A program made the translations under genes and the position numbers. Below the pieces are notes generated by a model. It worked only from the letters and a program-made list of their open reading frames with translations. It was not told where the DNA came from and made no database searches. A DNA stretch of 64,000 bases from Bacteroidales bacterium. GTDB taxonomy: Bacteria; Bacteroidota; Bacteroidia; Bacteroidales; GCA-2748055. Position 1 is the first letter of the stretch; each line of letters opens with the position of its first letter. Positions 39,201-48,864 of this stretch are shown in pieces. The stretch lies in the NCBI GenBank assembly GCA_029938715.1, contig JAOZUK010000009.1:3504-67503 (forward strand). The letters run 5' to 3'.

Positions 39201-39417
39201 TTTTGAGGTGCATTACGATATTTCAAGCATTAAATATGAAATTGCCTATTTGAAAGTATTCGACATGAGTGGTAGAGAACTATTTAACATTCAATTGGTT
39301 GAGTCACATGATCACATATCTGTTAATAATCAAGATTTGTTAAAAGGAACTTATTTGTGCATTATTAGAGCTGACAATCGATTGATAGGGAACAAGAAAA
39401 TAGTCGTTAACGAATAG
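36298..39417 (+). CDS. Large secreted zinc-metalloprotease-like protein with parallel beta-helix repeats and T9SS CTD
   Basis: HEIGHTFGLSHTH (HExxHxxGxxH zincin motif). Repeated N/D/G-rich beta-helix units (ISNCSF, IINSTINGNSRGI, VTDNDF). C-terminal ISPNPTNGDFEV...GTYLCIIRADNRLIGNKKIVVNE. Confidence 0.65.
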   Translation: MKTPQLIFLLVTSLILNLNVNGQQEFECFTPASGSLKSTAPSNCVNSPTAYTNYIPGSNTPVKIVKFNIHVMQKSNGSRNFQSTNSDHIEYLESVETSMNSLLEGLSEPYWGGATNDTYIEDARVQFELQSIYFHQDDIAWYNNGSVCGSYCYSNYKTNEESELNIFLCHHYDTTKNSPTGGCGPSDHWAVMYNHYEDYLTNGDRMWLKSRGILHEIGHTFGLSHTHSPDQFSDTYSPEYYTANYPDGWCDPTTDYQCSNNVMGYNKSKTYLSPYQLGEIHRVFSGDYHTRFLTFCDYDSNNTTTINSSQTWDIGKVFGGDIRITSGNTLTVECMISLPPGGKIIVESGGTLVLDGAHLTNSCENGLWNGIEVYGINSADQTSSSQGKVIIKNNSLIEYSKEISAINGGIIQADDSKFLNTDRAAEFLWYSPTVYNSASYFDNCEFEINNDYYNYDQSLRPFITLNGIKGVEISNCSFTNISTTETYDDLGTAIHSVDASYTVDNCEIEDLYYGIDVRNTDATYDVSIINSTINGNSRGIFLSNVDDAIVTDNDFDVPGTGSGSQTYGIYLNHCSGYDIDDNVIDGINDDNSTYGIIVNESGTASNEIVQCTMNDLYYGTIAQGANANSSVGLEYFCNTFEDNYIGMGIGQYDSTKTSHNIASEQGYLDYAAMNQFITNSYTDIYNTSTTFRYWYINSTYYNPSTTYSSPAPTKSEAWFNTNNCSAYGKKSTSDSFAPSDLLSDLSSLESDIKLLEADLSLHQKDSVEFYKSQPYTEIGRQLQELRFKKKLKSRIINSLLRIYKAESNADNKIIELLSLQKDQEYKYRLIDYLLKTERYIEVHDLYDDIVENRSSISEMEYYKDYSKILDMKTNILSSERTYFELTDHEKEELKKLAESNTKAGIVAKNILFLSDSICYEEYILDLPIPSKERKEEKSSNSYSDPSNSLESVLDLVRFDISPNPTNGDFEVHYDISSIKYEIAYLKVFDMSGRELFNIQLVESHDHISVNNQDLLKGTYLCIIRADNRLIGNKKIVVNE

Positions 39418-39442
39418 TTCTGTTTTACTTCCTAAAACCCTA

Positions 39443-39474
39443 CCCAGTAAGGCTTCTGTCTTACTGGGTTTTTC
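39443..39474 (+). terminator. Rho-independent terminator
   Basis: cccagtaag / gcttctgt / cttactggg followed by ttttt, 26 nt after the stop of 36298..39417. Confidence 0.75.
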
Positions 39475-39709
39475 TTTATATAATAATTTAATCACCCATA
39501 TGTAGCCCTTGCTGACAAAGTCGTAAGCCTTCGGCCTCGTACGTATTGGGCTGACGGATCAGGGACAGTATTTAGGTTTGATTATGTGTACCGTATTTGT
39601 TCTTTCGTGTGAAACGAGGGAAATAGACTTTTAACCACGGAGTAGAGTGATACCACTTCAACGGTATTTTTGATACCATATGATATTTTGTGCGTATTCC
39701 TGCGATGCT

Positions 39710-41524
39710 GGTTCTTCGTCAAATTTGGGGATGTTTTAACCTGTTTGAGATAAGATCACTTTCTTCCGCAACAACTCAAAGCTAGCCCTCCCATACATCT
39801 GCCGTTTAATACTCTTGATTCTATTGACATGGCCTTCTACGGCTCCATTGCACCAAGACATGTTAATACCGTTTTCAACAGCCTCAATATCTCTCAACAT
39901 CCCCCTGACAAAAGTTTTCAGACCGGACAGTTTGCGCTTTGATTGGATGATGAAATCAATCCATCTTCTAATAATTCCGCGCCCTCTGGACAACATTGTT
40001 TTAAATATCTGGACCAGCTTACGGACGACTTTTAGTTCTGTAATATTATCCAATAACGTTTGCAAGTAAAACCGTTCATAATGGTCACTAATCTCGGTCA
40101 AGCGATACCCAATATATTTTGCCAGTTTCCTGGAACTTAAAGGCTTTACGTAGGGGATTTTGGATTGTTGAACCTGAGCGAAGCCAGGAACATTTATATC
40201 ATTATCTTCCCTGATAATATTAATATTATGATACGCCTGAGTTTGACTGCCATTAAATCCCAACCCTCTGATCTCCTCAATAATATCTTTAACCTTATAT
40301 CCATTGGTATTTAGCCGAGATACGATGTGACTGGTAAATAACTCAATGTTAGTCAATTTAGGATGCGCTCTGGGAGCCAATGATTCTTGAGCAAAATACG
40401 AACGTACAGTATTCCGGCTCATTTTCAGGTCTGTTGCAATTCTTTTGATTGGAGTGCCTTTTTCCTGAAGTTCCTTGACCTTTAAAAAGGTGTCCATTCT
40501 TTGGTCCACCTTAGCTTCAATTGATTCTTGGGCAGTCAGAACTGGTTGATCCTCAGTCGCTTTTTCACTTAAGTTTATTGGCTCTTTCTCAGGGAGTTCA
40601 AGGAGCTCATTTGTCTTGGCTGTGATCAGAGATCTTATTCTTTTACTAATACTCTTGAAATAGGCATCTAAAGCATCCGGCAGATTCATCAATAAATGAA
40701 ATCTATCAGCAATTTGAACGGCATTTGGACACACGTCATTAATAGCGGCTGCATAAGAGCTTGCTCTATCCCTGGTAACAATCTTAACATCATTATATTT
40801 CAATAGCCAATCCTTTAATACCTGGCCATCTCTTGATGGTAATAATTCGATCGGTTTCGAAGTCTCCATGTCAATAAGTATTGTTCCATAGCTTACTCCT
40901 TTCCTGTAGGCCCAATCATCAACCCCCAGCACCCTTGGCTGACTGATATTAGGGAGTTGTTGACCGTGGGCAATCCTGGTTATGGTAGAGCTACTGACTG
41001 TAATATGCAGTTGTTCAGATAAGATATTACCCAGTCTCCCGGTTAACTCTATTGCAAAGGTTTCCAGGATCCTGGTGGCCCTCTTTGTTCTTCTGGAGTA
41101 GCGGATTATGTCTGGTGTTTGCTCCGAGAATACTTTCTGGGAGCAGCGTGGGTTTCCACATCTGAACTTGCGAGTCCTTAATAGGATTTCGGTCCTATTC
41201 TGAAAAACCGGAAGATCGGTTATCGTTCTGAAATAGTAATCATGCACTCTTTTACTGTATCTCCCACAAAGAGGGCACTTTGACCGGCGAGATTTAATGG
41301 ATGCGTAAATCCTGATAATATCATCAGAATAGTTGATTTTTTGGATTTTTAGAAACGGCATGTCAATTAGTTGTTTTATCATCTTAAGTAATTGTTTATC
41401 AGTTGCTTTAAGATACAAAACAGTTGTCTAATTACCAAGAAAATATATGACTTATATGATTTATATTCAGATTTTTATCAACAATGTATTGTTAGGTAAT
41501 TATCCCCAAATGTGACGAAGAACC
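39710..41524 (-). mobile_element. ISL3-family insertion sequence (1815 bp)
   Basis: 23-bp inverted repeats: ggttcttcgtcaaatttggggat (39710-39732) against the reverse complement of 41502-41524, ggttcttcgtcacatttggggat (22/23). They enclose one transposase gene. Confidence 0.85.
39736..41382 (-). CDS. ISL3-family transposase
   Basis: N-terminal zinc finger CPLCG...HDYYFRTITDLP, an HTH region and a DDE core (LGVDDWAYRKG ... ADRFHL ... NGAVEGHVNRIKSIKRQMYG). The first ATG is at 41382; the track TTG is at 41418. Confidence 0.9.
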   Translation of the reverse strand: MIKQLIDMPFLKIQKINYSDDIIRIYASIKSRRSKCPLCGRYSKRVHDYYFRTITDLPVFQNRTEILLRTRKFRCGNPRCSQKVFSEQTPDIIRYSRRTKRATRILETFAIELTGRLGNILSEQLHITVSSSTITRIAHGQQLPNISQPRVLGVDDWAYRKGVSYGTILIDMETSKPIELLPSRDGQVLKDWLLKYNDVKIVTRDRASSYAAAINDVCPNAVQIADRFHLLMNLPDALDAYFKSISKRIRSLITAKTNELLELPEKEPINLSEKATEDQPVLTAQESIEAKVDQRMDTFLKVKELQEKGTPIKRIATDLKMSRNTVRSYFAQESLAPRAHPKLTNIELFTSHIVSRLNTNGYKVKDIIEEIRGLGFNGSQTQAYHNINIIREDNDINVPGFAQVQQSKIPYVKPLSSRKLAKYIGYRLTEISDHYERFYLQTLLDNITELKVVRKLVQIFKTMLSRGRGIIRRWIDFIIQSKRKLSGLKTFVRGMLRDIEAVENGINMSWCNGAVEGHVNRIKSIKRQMYGRASFELLRKKVILSQTG

Positions 41525-41629
41525 ATCAAGCTGACCCCGCACAATGCCGCTGAGACCATCAAATGATTTTCTCATATCAGTAGGCTTACGATACAGGTAG
41601 TAAAAAAAAGAGGAGGTCAGTGAAAACAT
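41525..41629 (-). pseudogene. IS66 TnpB (orf2) 5' fragment, truncated by the ISL3 insertion
   Basis: My own translation: MFSLTSSFFYYLYRKPTDMRKSFDGLSGIVRGQLDG. It contains the conserved IS66 orf2 motif P.DMRKSFDGL and stops exactly at the ISL3 inverted repeat. Confidence 0.7.
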
Positions 41630-41635
41630 CTTCCT

Positions 41636-41977
41636 CTATATAGCTTTGATCAATGCCTTGATCCTGGAAATACTCACTGACTTATCCAGGGTGATCTGAA
41701 CGCCATTGGGATATCGGATCTGAATATCTCCACGGGATTCATCTACCAGTGGCAAAACCGGTGGCCCGATTTCTACCGGAAGAAATCCCTTCTCACCAGA
41801 ATCGTAGGCTGCTTTATATTTTCTCAGCCAATAATAGAATATGTGCTCTGGCAGATTATGCTGGCGGTAAAAGGCCCGGGCACTGATATTGCTTTTCTCA
41901 TACTTCATGATAAGCGAGAACATATCCCGCCGGTGCTCCTCTTTTCCTGATTGGTCCATTGAATTCTTTTCCTCCAA
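41636..41977 (-). CDS. IS66-family accessory protein TnpA (orf1, HTH)
   Basis: 113 aa with the HTH-like SARAFYRQHNLPEHIFYYWLRKYK. It is directly upstream of the tnpB stub within the IS66 ends. Confidence 0.65.
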   Translation of the reverse strand: MEEKNSMDQSGKEEHRRDMFSLIMKYEKSNISARAFYRQHNLPEHIFYYWLRKYKAAYDSGEKGFLPVEIGPPVLPLVDESRGDIQIRYPNGVQITLDKSVSISRIKALIKAI

Positions 41978-42028
41978 AGATACTGGAACTGGCTATCCTA
42001 TGGAAGATGTACCAGACCGAAGGCTTAC

Positions 42029-42289
42029 GCTGATCCAAAGATCCAGGTGTAATTTGAATTTTTGCTGGGGCTTATAAATTATTGAAGGGTAGGGAAGGAC
42101 AAAATTGCCAAGCACATGTTATGTTTTATAACACGTCAAATACAGGTCACAGAACAAGGTCCATTCGAATTAAACCAGCATACTGGTTTATAACTATTCT
42201 AAATTATTATAGCTCAAAAATACCCCTTCAAGACTGTAATCTCCATTTCTTTTAATGATAATTATACCGTAGTTTCGAAATGGAATTCA
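42029..42289. repeat. Copy B of the ~260-bp conserved upstream module
   Basis: See copy A. It starts immediately at the IS66 right end and ends 92 nt before the ATG of 42382..43482. Confidence 0.8.
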
Positions 42290-42381
42290 TCTAAAGATAT
42301 CTTTTTACTCTTGTCCTACTGGCACGCTGCACCTCAGCGTACAGGTACTGTAATATTTTAAAACCCTCAATTAGTAAACCT

Positions 42382-43482
42382 ATGAAAAAAATAATTATTT
42401 CTTGTCTTGCACTCCTTTCAATTTTCTGTGTTGTCGCTCATGGCCAATTAGAGATGAACTCTAGTGGTGAAGTTGGTATCGGAGCAACTCCAACAACTGG
42501 AATAGATCTCTTTACGCCAGAAGCAAAAATAACTCATCTAGGCGTTAATGCATCACCGGTCAGTGGTATCGATTTTTATACTCCAGAAGCAAAAATATCC
42601 ACTTTGGGCATTAACGTAACCCCAACTGGAGCTCATCAGCTTTGGGTTCAAGGAATAGCAAGGTTTGGCTATTCTGCAACAATGTCATGTTTTGAATTCA
42701 AATATCTTGATATGTATGATATGCAACTCTTACCAACAATGAATAACTCTTGTGTGATTGGTTCATCAAGTTATGGTATTAGAAAAGTCACTGCATATAA
42801 CTTTACTACTTTATCAGATAAAAGGCAAAAAGAGAATATCCAAACCCTCTCAGGATCCCTCGATCAAATTATCAGACTACAGGGGGTGAAATATGATCTT
42901 AAAAAGGAGTTTGCATATGATGAGGCTAAGATCTCAGATGAGAGTTTGAAAACCAAACTTGATCTAGAAAGAAAAGGTTTCATTGGTTTCTTGGCCCAAG
43001 ATGTCTATGAAGTCTTGCCTGAGGTCGTATCATATGATGAGGATGCTGATATCTATACTATGAATTATTTAAGGATCATTCCGGTACTAGTTGAAGCTAT
43101 CAAAGAACAACAAACTCAAATAGATGATCTGAAGCAATTAGTTGCTTCGTCAAGTGGATCATTAAAAGGGGCAGCAGTCTCTGGCACCTCATTAGATGAG
43201 GTAGGTGAAAATATGGAGCTAACAAGTTTATTCCAAAACCATCCCAATCCATTTTCTGTAGAAACAACAATTGGCTACTATTTGACTGAAAATATCACAT
43301 CGGCATCATTATTCGTTTATGATATGACTGGAAAGCAATTAAAAAACTTCAATATATATGAAAAAGGCAGTGGGGAGGTTATCATATCCAGCGGAGAATT
43401 AGACGCCGGATTGTATATGTACTCTCTTGTTGCTGACGGAAAGCTAGTCGGGACGAAGCAAATGATTTTAACAAAAAATTGA
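42382..43482 (+). CDS. Tail-fibre-domain (peptidase S74 chaperone-like) protein with T9SS CTD
   Basis: LSDKRQKENIQTL...LQGVKYDLK...GFLAQDVYEVLPEVV...YLRIIPVLVEAIKEQQ is paralogous to 27732..28904. The C-terminal tail is HPNPFSVETTIGY...GLYMYSLVADGKLVGTKQMILTKN. Confidence 0.7.
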   Translation: MKKIIISCLALLSIFCVVAHGQLEMNSSGEVGIGATPTTGIDLFTPEAKITHLGVNASPVSGIDFYTPEAKISTLGINVTPTGAHQLWVQGIARFGYSATMSCFEFKYLDMYDMQLLPTMNNSCVIGSSSYGIRKVTAYNFTTLSDKRQKENIQTLSGSLDQIIRLQGVKYDLKKEFAYDEAKISDESLKTKLDLERKGFIGFLAQDVYEVLPEVVSYDEDADIYTMNYLRIIPVLVEAIKEQQTQIDDLKQLVASSSGSLKGAAVSGTSLDEVGENMELTSLFQNHPNPFSVETTIGYYLTENITSASLFVYDMTGKQLKNFNIYEKGSGEVIISSGELDAGLYMYSLVADGKLVGTKQMILTKN

Positions 43483-43489
43483 TTGCAAA

Positions 43490-45151
43490 ATGAGAAAAAT
43501 TTTGTTTTTCGCCGCATTTCTTGCACCATTTTGCAGTCTGTTTTCAAGTCCTATTGACAGTTTAGCAGCAAAAAAGGTTGCTTTGAACTTCATGGACAGC
43601 AAACGCATTGGTCCAAATACTATACTCAATCTGGTTTCTGACGTGAATGAAACCCAGACCATATTTTATGTTGTTAACTTCGAAGAAGGAGGTTGGGTTC
43701 TAGTTTCAGCAAGTAATTCCACTGTTCCTGTCTTAAGTTATAGCCTTCTTGGTGCATATAAAACTGAAGATCAGAAACCAGAGGCCTTCTCATATCTGAT
43801 TGAGTCATATAAGGATAAAATCGTGAATTCTATTGGCAAGGAATTGACAAATTCGACAATAAAGGCGAAGTGGGAAGAGCTACTATCAAATTCCAGTTTG
43901 AAATCTGCTACTTCTTATACTCCTGGAGATCAATTGCTCAACGTATCTGGAAGAGGCCATGTGAGATGGAATCAATCATTTAATTGGAGTGGAGGTTGTA
44001 GTCCAAGGTACAATGATTTCTTTCCCTCTGGAGGTTCAGGGTGCACCTGTGATGAGGTGCCTGCTGGCTGTGGACCAGTTGCAATGGGGCAAATTATGTG
44101 GTATTGGGAATGGCCTGAAGCATCATCTTATCGCACTTACGATTGGGAAGATATGCCCGAATATATTAGTAGCTCAACATCCCAAGCTGATGCCGATGAG
44201 ATTGCTCATTTGCTTGATGATATAGGCAACGAAGTAAATATTTCGGAATTATGTGCTGGATCCATGGCCACGGTTAATAATATTGAAGATGCATTTAACG
44301 ACGAATTTGGATTTGAAGCTGCAAAAAAGTACATTAAAAATGATTGGCTATATGGTTCAGCTTGGGAGGACCTGTTAAGATCTGAGATCGATAATAACAG
44401 ACCTGTCCTATATAGAGGAGATAAAAGTGATTTGAGCACGTCAAAACACATATTTGTTATTGATGGTTACGACAGTTCTGACCCTGATTATTTCTGGTTC
44501 AATTTTGGATGGGGATATTATGGCAATACAGCGTATAATACTTCCCGTCACTACCTCAGTAGCATAACCCCAGACACATATGATTTCACGGATAACCAAA
44601 TGGCTGTTGTTGGTATCTCGCCCACATATACTGACGTAGCACCAGATGATGTTAATATTACTACTGTTGCTTATACAACCGTTACGGGGACGCTGGCTGA
44701 AGATGCGCAACAAAATATTTCTCTTCCATCTACCGGTAGCACATTAACAATCATGAACGGTGGTAACTATACTTTGACTGCAGGTAACTCAATTACTCTT
44801 CAAGCGGGGTTTAAAGCTGACGTTGGTAGTGTATTTTCGGCTCAGATAAATACTGACTATCAGGAGGAGATGGATATTTCTGTAACTAGCTGGACAAATA
44901 ACTTCTCTCCGAATGGGACTAATGACGAGCTTTGTTTCATTGTAGATAATGCAGATTCTTGGGAATGTGAGGTATTCACCCTTGCTGGGTCGGCCGTATT
45001 TCAAAGTGCTGGTTCAATTAATTCATCTATCGTTTGTGTTTGGGACGGCTCTGGTGTATCATCATCTGGTTACTACACCTGTCACATCAGATTCAAGAAC
45101 AATTACGGACGAGATTTGGAAAATTCATTCAATGTCTACGTATCTTTTTAG
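43490..45151 (+). CDS. Peptidase C10 (streptopain/SpeB-like) family cysteine protease
   Basis: N-terminal inhibitor-like prodomain (AAKKVALNFM...FYVVNFEEGGWVLVSA). Catalytic Cys context AGCGPVAMGQIMWYWEWP. The later HIFVIDGYD is consistent with the His region. Confidence 0.7.
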   Translation: MRKILFFAAFLAPFCSLFSSPIDSLAAKKVALNFMDSKRIGPNTILNLVSDVNETQTIFYVVNFEEGGWVLVSASNSTVPVLSYSLLGAYKTEDQKPEAFSYLIESYKDKIVNSIGKELTNSTIKAKWEELLSNSSLKSATSYTPGDQLLNVSGRGHVRWNQSFNWSGGCSPRYNDFFPSGGSGCTCDEVPAGCGPVAMGQIMWYWEWPEASSYRTYDWEDMPEYISSSTSQADADEIAHLLDDIGNEVNISELCAGSMATVNNIEDAFNDEFGFEAAKKYIKNDWLYGSAWEDLLRSEIDNNRPVLYRGDKSDLSTSKHIFVIDGYDSSDPDYFWFNFGWGYYGNTAYNTSRHYLSSITPDTYDFTDNQMAVVGISPTYTDVAPDDVNITTVAYTTVTGTLAEDAQQNISLPSTGSTLTIMNGGNYTLTAGNSITLQAGFKADVGSVFSAQINTDYQEEMDISVTSWTNNFSPNGTNDELCFIVDNADSWECEVFTLAGSAVFQSAGSINSSIVCVWDGSGVSSSGYYTCHIRFKNNYGRDLENSFNVYVSF

Positions 45152-45214
45152 TTAAGAGATCTTTGACCATTAAGTGAATTTGCAACATTTTTGAGTTGAT
45201 ATACGTTAATAATT

Positions 45215-45703
45215 ATGAGCTTGGTAAATACAAACAAAATCCTATGTAATATGAGAAATGGACTGGTTCTCTCTGTATTAGTTACTTTTTTGGTAATGTC
45301 CTGTGGTAAAGGATTGGATCAAGATAAAACTATTCATGTACATAAACCAAAACAAGACTATTCTTCCCATGTCCCCATTGAGCTTTCTCTGGATAAAGCG
45401 ACTATTACATCAGCTCCGGGAAAGGTTGATCCCCCGATTAAACTTGTTCAAGGATTCTTTATGGGCAACACGATGGGAGTAAATACAGCCTATCTTTCTC
45501 TAACGATTGAAGAATATAATAATCATGTCCCACTTTTGCCGATAGATAGTCTCTACAAATATATTATTGAGACTGATCCCTTTTTAGAGTACTACATAAG
45601 CGAAGATAGCGACCTCCGAAATGCAGATGGAATTGATACTCTACTTATTAATGATTTAATAAGAGAGGATAAATTGACTGAGTATTTCACTAGGCTAAAA
45701 TAG
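45215..45703 (+). CDS. Hypothetical lipoprotein
   Basis: Lipobox LVMSCG and a compact ORF after the C10 gene. No family was recognised. Confidence 0.4.
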   Translation: MSLVNTNKILCNMRNGLVLSVLVTFLVMSCGKGLDQDKTIHVHKPKQDYSSHVPIELSLDKATITSAPGKVDPPIKLVQGFFMGNTMGVNTAYLSLTIEEYNNHVPLLPIDSLYKYIIETDPFLEYYISEDSDLRNADGIDTLLINDLIREDKLTEYFTRLK

Positions 45704-45726
45704 AGTTGATAATTATTATTGTATAG

Positions 45727-45755
45727 AAAAAGCCGGACACTCTCCGGCTTTTTCT
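45727..45755 (+). terminator. Rho-independent terminator
   Basis: aaaaagccgga / cactc / tccggcttttt with a T run, 24 nt after the stop at 45703. Confidence 0.85.
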
Positions 45756-46727
45756 TTCAAAAACGTATTTTATTTTACTGTATATTAAGGCACTAGGAAA
45801 TATATAACAAAAAGATCCCGCCAGAGGTTACGGAGCCCGGAATCAGCACCGGTAAACTTTCAATACCGTCACCAAATGGCCAGCATAAATTATTCACAGC
45901 TAGGACGCAAGCTCCTGAAAAAGTACCCCGACCTGACAAAAGAGCTGATCGACTCCTCGAAACCAGCCTTTAACAGCTTCGCTCTGATCCCCGATCTCAA
46001 AGAGATCTATGACAAGTTTCAGGACCCTCCAAAGTACACCAAGGAGCTCATAAACTACTGTCTGGTATTCATTTCCGTCATAGTTCGTTTTTACGATCCG
46101 GATGTGATCTATGTGGAGAATTTGTTTTCCCTCGTTTCGGTGATGTTTACGTTCATCACTGGGCTCATATGAAGAATAACGACTGCACATCCAAGCTCTG
46201 GTATGAGGATGAGACTCCCTGGCACAAGTATGGAAGAAGGCATTTGGGAAAGGATATTATGAAAATGTGATAGAAAGGGGGGAAACATCGTGCCGATGTG
46301 AAAACGAAAAACAACTCCATAATCGAAATTCAACACTCGTCGATCTCCACTGAGACGATAATAGCAAGGGAGATGATTGAAGTTGCTAAGGATCTTGGAT
46401 GATTCATGGCTGAATCCTCCGAAAATGTTACCGCCCAAACCACGGATTCTTTCCCCAGGAATCAGGGCCGTTGATGGATTCACAGAGCTCGAAGAATTGA
46501 GTCGGAAAGCTGGGATCTTCATCTGCTCATTTCTGTTCCCAATTCAATAGACCAATGAACCCTAGCGTGAGTTTATCACGGGATAAGGTCTAAAACGCTA
46601 TAACTATCAGGAACACATATAGATAGGCCTTATTTTTGACTATGTACTGTTCGACAGCTAGTTCTTCTCCAAAGAGATCCTTGCCCACATTGAATCGTTC
46701 CGTACGAAAGGCATCAAGCTCATAGCG

Positions 46728-47363
46728 ATGGTTAAGATGGGAAAGACTAAATACAGGGATTGCCTTAGTGGTAAGGAGATGGATGCCCCCACACTGAGAA
46801 AGCATTATAAGAAGCAGGCAAAACGAAACCGAAAGTATAATGCCTCTTACATTAAGGTTCCTGTCTGGTATGATAATCGGAGGGTGAACTTGTTCTTTGT
46901 AAAACTGGGATCAGGTGGCAAATGGAAAGCCTTTATCACCAATGACCTGGAGATAGGGTTCAACAAACTGATTGAGACGTACCAAATCAGATGGTCTATC
47001 GAAGTTTTTTTCAAGGATGGAAAACAGCACCTGCAGCTTGGCAAATGCCAGTGCAATAACTTCGACTCACAGATCGGTGCCACCACCCTGGCCATGATGC
47101 AGTACATGATGTTGCTACTGTATAAACAGATGCATTACGGGAACAGCCTCGGAAGCATCTTTGACATGTTGAGTTCGCAGGCAGAGGAGGAAAACATCAC
47201 CCGGTATATAATGGAGATATTCTGGGAGATCGTTAACGGGATCGGTGAAATACTCAAGGTTGATTGCATGGAACTGATCGAAGATATTATCCGGGACAAC
47301 CGAAGAGCGGAGGAGATCATGAGAATAATTTCACCGGCCCTTGAGAAAAAACGAGCTGCATGA
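46728..47363 (+). pseudogene. IS4-family DDE transposase, C-terminal fragment
   Basis: YQIRWSIEVFFKDGK matches the IS4 Y-x2-R-x3-E-x6-K signature. Only ~210 aa remain and the upstream catalytic region is missing. Surrounding DNA (45.8-46.7 kb) has only short broken frames. Confidence 0.6.
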
Positions 47364-48056
47364 CATACCAGTGTGGCTGTAATGCGCTGTATGCTTGATG
47401 TATAACATGCTTATTGAGACAAAAATCAAAAGTATAACAAATTGAATAACAATAGATTAAGAACTAGGAAACTTCAGTAACTAAGTAGTACCCTTCATAC
47501 CGAATTGGTCTATTACAGATTCAAATAAGTCTTCTTCCCCAATTGCCTTCAATATTTTTTCAACCAAATCTTCATCAAAGTACAGCAAGTCACAAATCAG
47601 GAATGAACAAGGAAGCTCCGGAGCATTTAATCTTTGACTTTTCAATTTCAGGTCACCATTAGAAATATCAACTGCGATTATATGGAATGAAAATCCTCGC
47701 AGGTAAACCTAAATAAGTTTAATGTATATAAGTTTGACTTCAGGTTCAGTAAAATCATGTATCTCGTAAATCTCGCCAATTTCTAGTGTCGAATCTCTGT
47801 GAAGACACAGGGACTGCGGACAAACAAGGAATTTCCGGTTCTCTTAAACCACGCTTGAATTCCAATTGCAGGTTTGATATCAGGATTTAATTCTTTAGGG
47901 TTCATAAGCTTTTCTCTTTGATATAAATACTGCAGGTCATTGAAAGAAGTTATCAGCTCCCCTTAAATTTTGGGCCTTCAATAACTGGAAGTCTCGCTGT
48001 TTTGATCTCCTATTTTGTGGGCGTAGCTGTTTGCTATCCCAACCTTTCCTCTATCA

Positions 48057-48767
48057 TCAGTCACCAATAAAGACTTTAACCTGATTTGACACTGGCATTT
48101 CATGGTAGTGTTTGCCTTGTAGTAATGAACCATTACGCTTACGCAGTTTACCACCCCACTGTTTGAAAGTAAAAGTTACTCCCTGTGCTTTACATTGGTC
48201 ACGCAGGTGTATCACCCATTCTTCTTTGCATGGCCTGAAACTTTTTCCAGACTCACCACCAACAACTACCCAATCAATACCTGTTAAATCCAGTTCTCCT
48301 AAATCACTCAGTAATGGTTCAGCACACACGAACTTATTTGATGCTGGTGTCTGCTTCAAATGGTCAATCCTGTCAGCATATCTGGCCTCTTCCAAGGTGA
48401 TACCTAACCAGATGTTATCAGACCAATTTAATGTTGGAGATAATTCCAGCATTCTGTCAGCACGCTTGGTCAGCACTATGAAGGTATGTTGGGGGCATCT
48501 ATTCATTGTATCGAATATTTTTCTGATAAAGTTGCCGGGGATATCTTCATGAAAAATATCGGACATCGAGCATGGAAAAATCTGTCGTGGCTTCTTCCAT
48601 TTCATTGGTAATTCCAACAAATCTTCATGCAGAGTCAGGTTAAAACCATTCGTATATCTTGGATTCTTCCACCTCCTCACAATTGACATTACTGAAGAGT
48701 TAACTGTAAGAAAAGAAGAATTAATTCGTATAGGTGAATGGAAATACTTTTTTCGCAATTCCCACAC
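48057..48767 (-). CDS. Phage Gp37/Gp68-like protein (DUF5131), apparently lacking the Cys-rich N-terminus
   Basis: LELPMKWKKPRQIF..SMSDIFHE, TFIVLTKR, VCAEPLL, IDWVVVGGESG and TFKQWGG all fit the family. The expected N-terminal WNP..GC...GC.NCYA block is absent in frame. Confidence 0.65.
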   Translation of the reverse strand: MWELRKKYFHSPIRINSSFLTVNSSVMSIVRRWKNPRYTNGFNLTLHEDLLELPMKWKKPRQIFPCSMSDIFHEDIPGNFIRKIFDTMNRCPQHTFIVLTKRADRMLELSPTLNWSDNIWLGITLEEARYADRIDHLKQTPASNKFVCAEPLLSDLGELDLTGIDWVVVGGESGKSFRPCKEEWVIHLRDQCKAQGVTFTFKQWGGKLRKRNGSLLQGKHYHEMPVSNQVKVFIGD

Positions 48768-48864
48768 AACGAAAACTGGGATGCTGAAAACGGTGAGATA
48801 AAGAATAATCTAAATGGAAAGTAAACAGTGACAAAAATTGTAAAAACAACTCAAACTTATAATT

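Larger units (their letters stand above)
39523..42028 (-). mobile_element. IS66-family element remnant (tnpA plus a 5' stub of tnpB, tnpC missing) carrying a nested ISL3
   Basis: Terminal inverted repeats: gtaagccttcggcctcgtac (39523-39542) against the reverse complement of 42009-42028, gtaagccttcggtctggtac (18/20 match, GTAA ends). The interior holds only tnpA, 35 codons of tnpB and the ISL3 insertion. Confidence 0.7.

Noticed and set aside
39702-41532. Looked for the 8-bp target duplication expected for an ISL3 insertion.
   Set aside because: The flanks differ (gcgatgct and atcaagct). I interpret this as an adjacent deletion or rearrangement, not as evidence against the IS call.
45876-46522. 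ORFs 45876..46172 (+), 45900..46190 (-) and 46109..46522 (-) in the stretch before the IS4 transposase fragment.
   Set aside because: They are mutually overlapping on both strands, with no recognisable motifs, in a region that looks like decayed IS or gene debris. I could not decide whether any is real.
47364-48056. Possible gene remnants on the minus strand. One open frame reads ...HIIAVDISNGDLKLKSQRLNAPELP...EDLFESVIDQFGMKG without a start codon. Another broken frame begins MNPKELNPDIKPAIGIQAWF.
   Set aside because: There are no intact start-to-stop ORFs of meaningful length and no family was recognised. They are probably pseudogene fragments and not worth calling as features.
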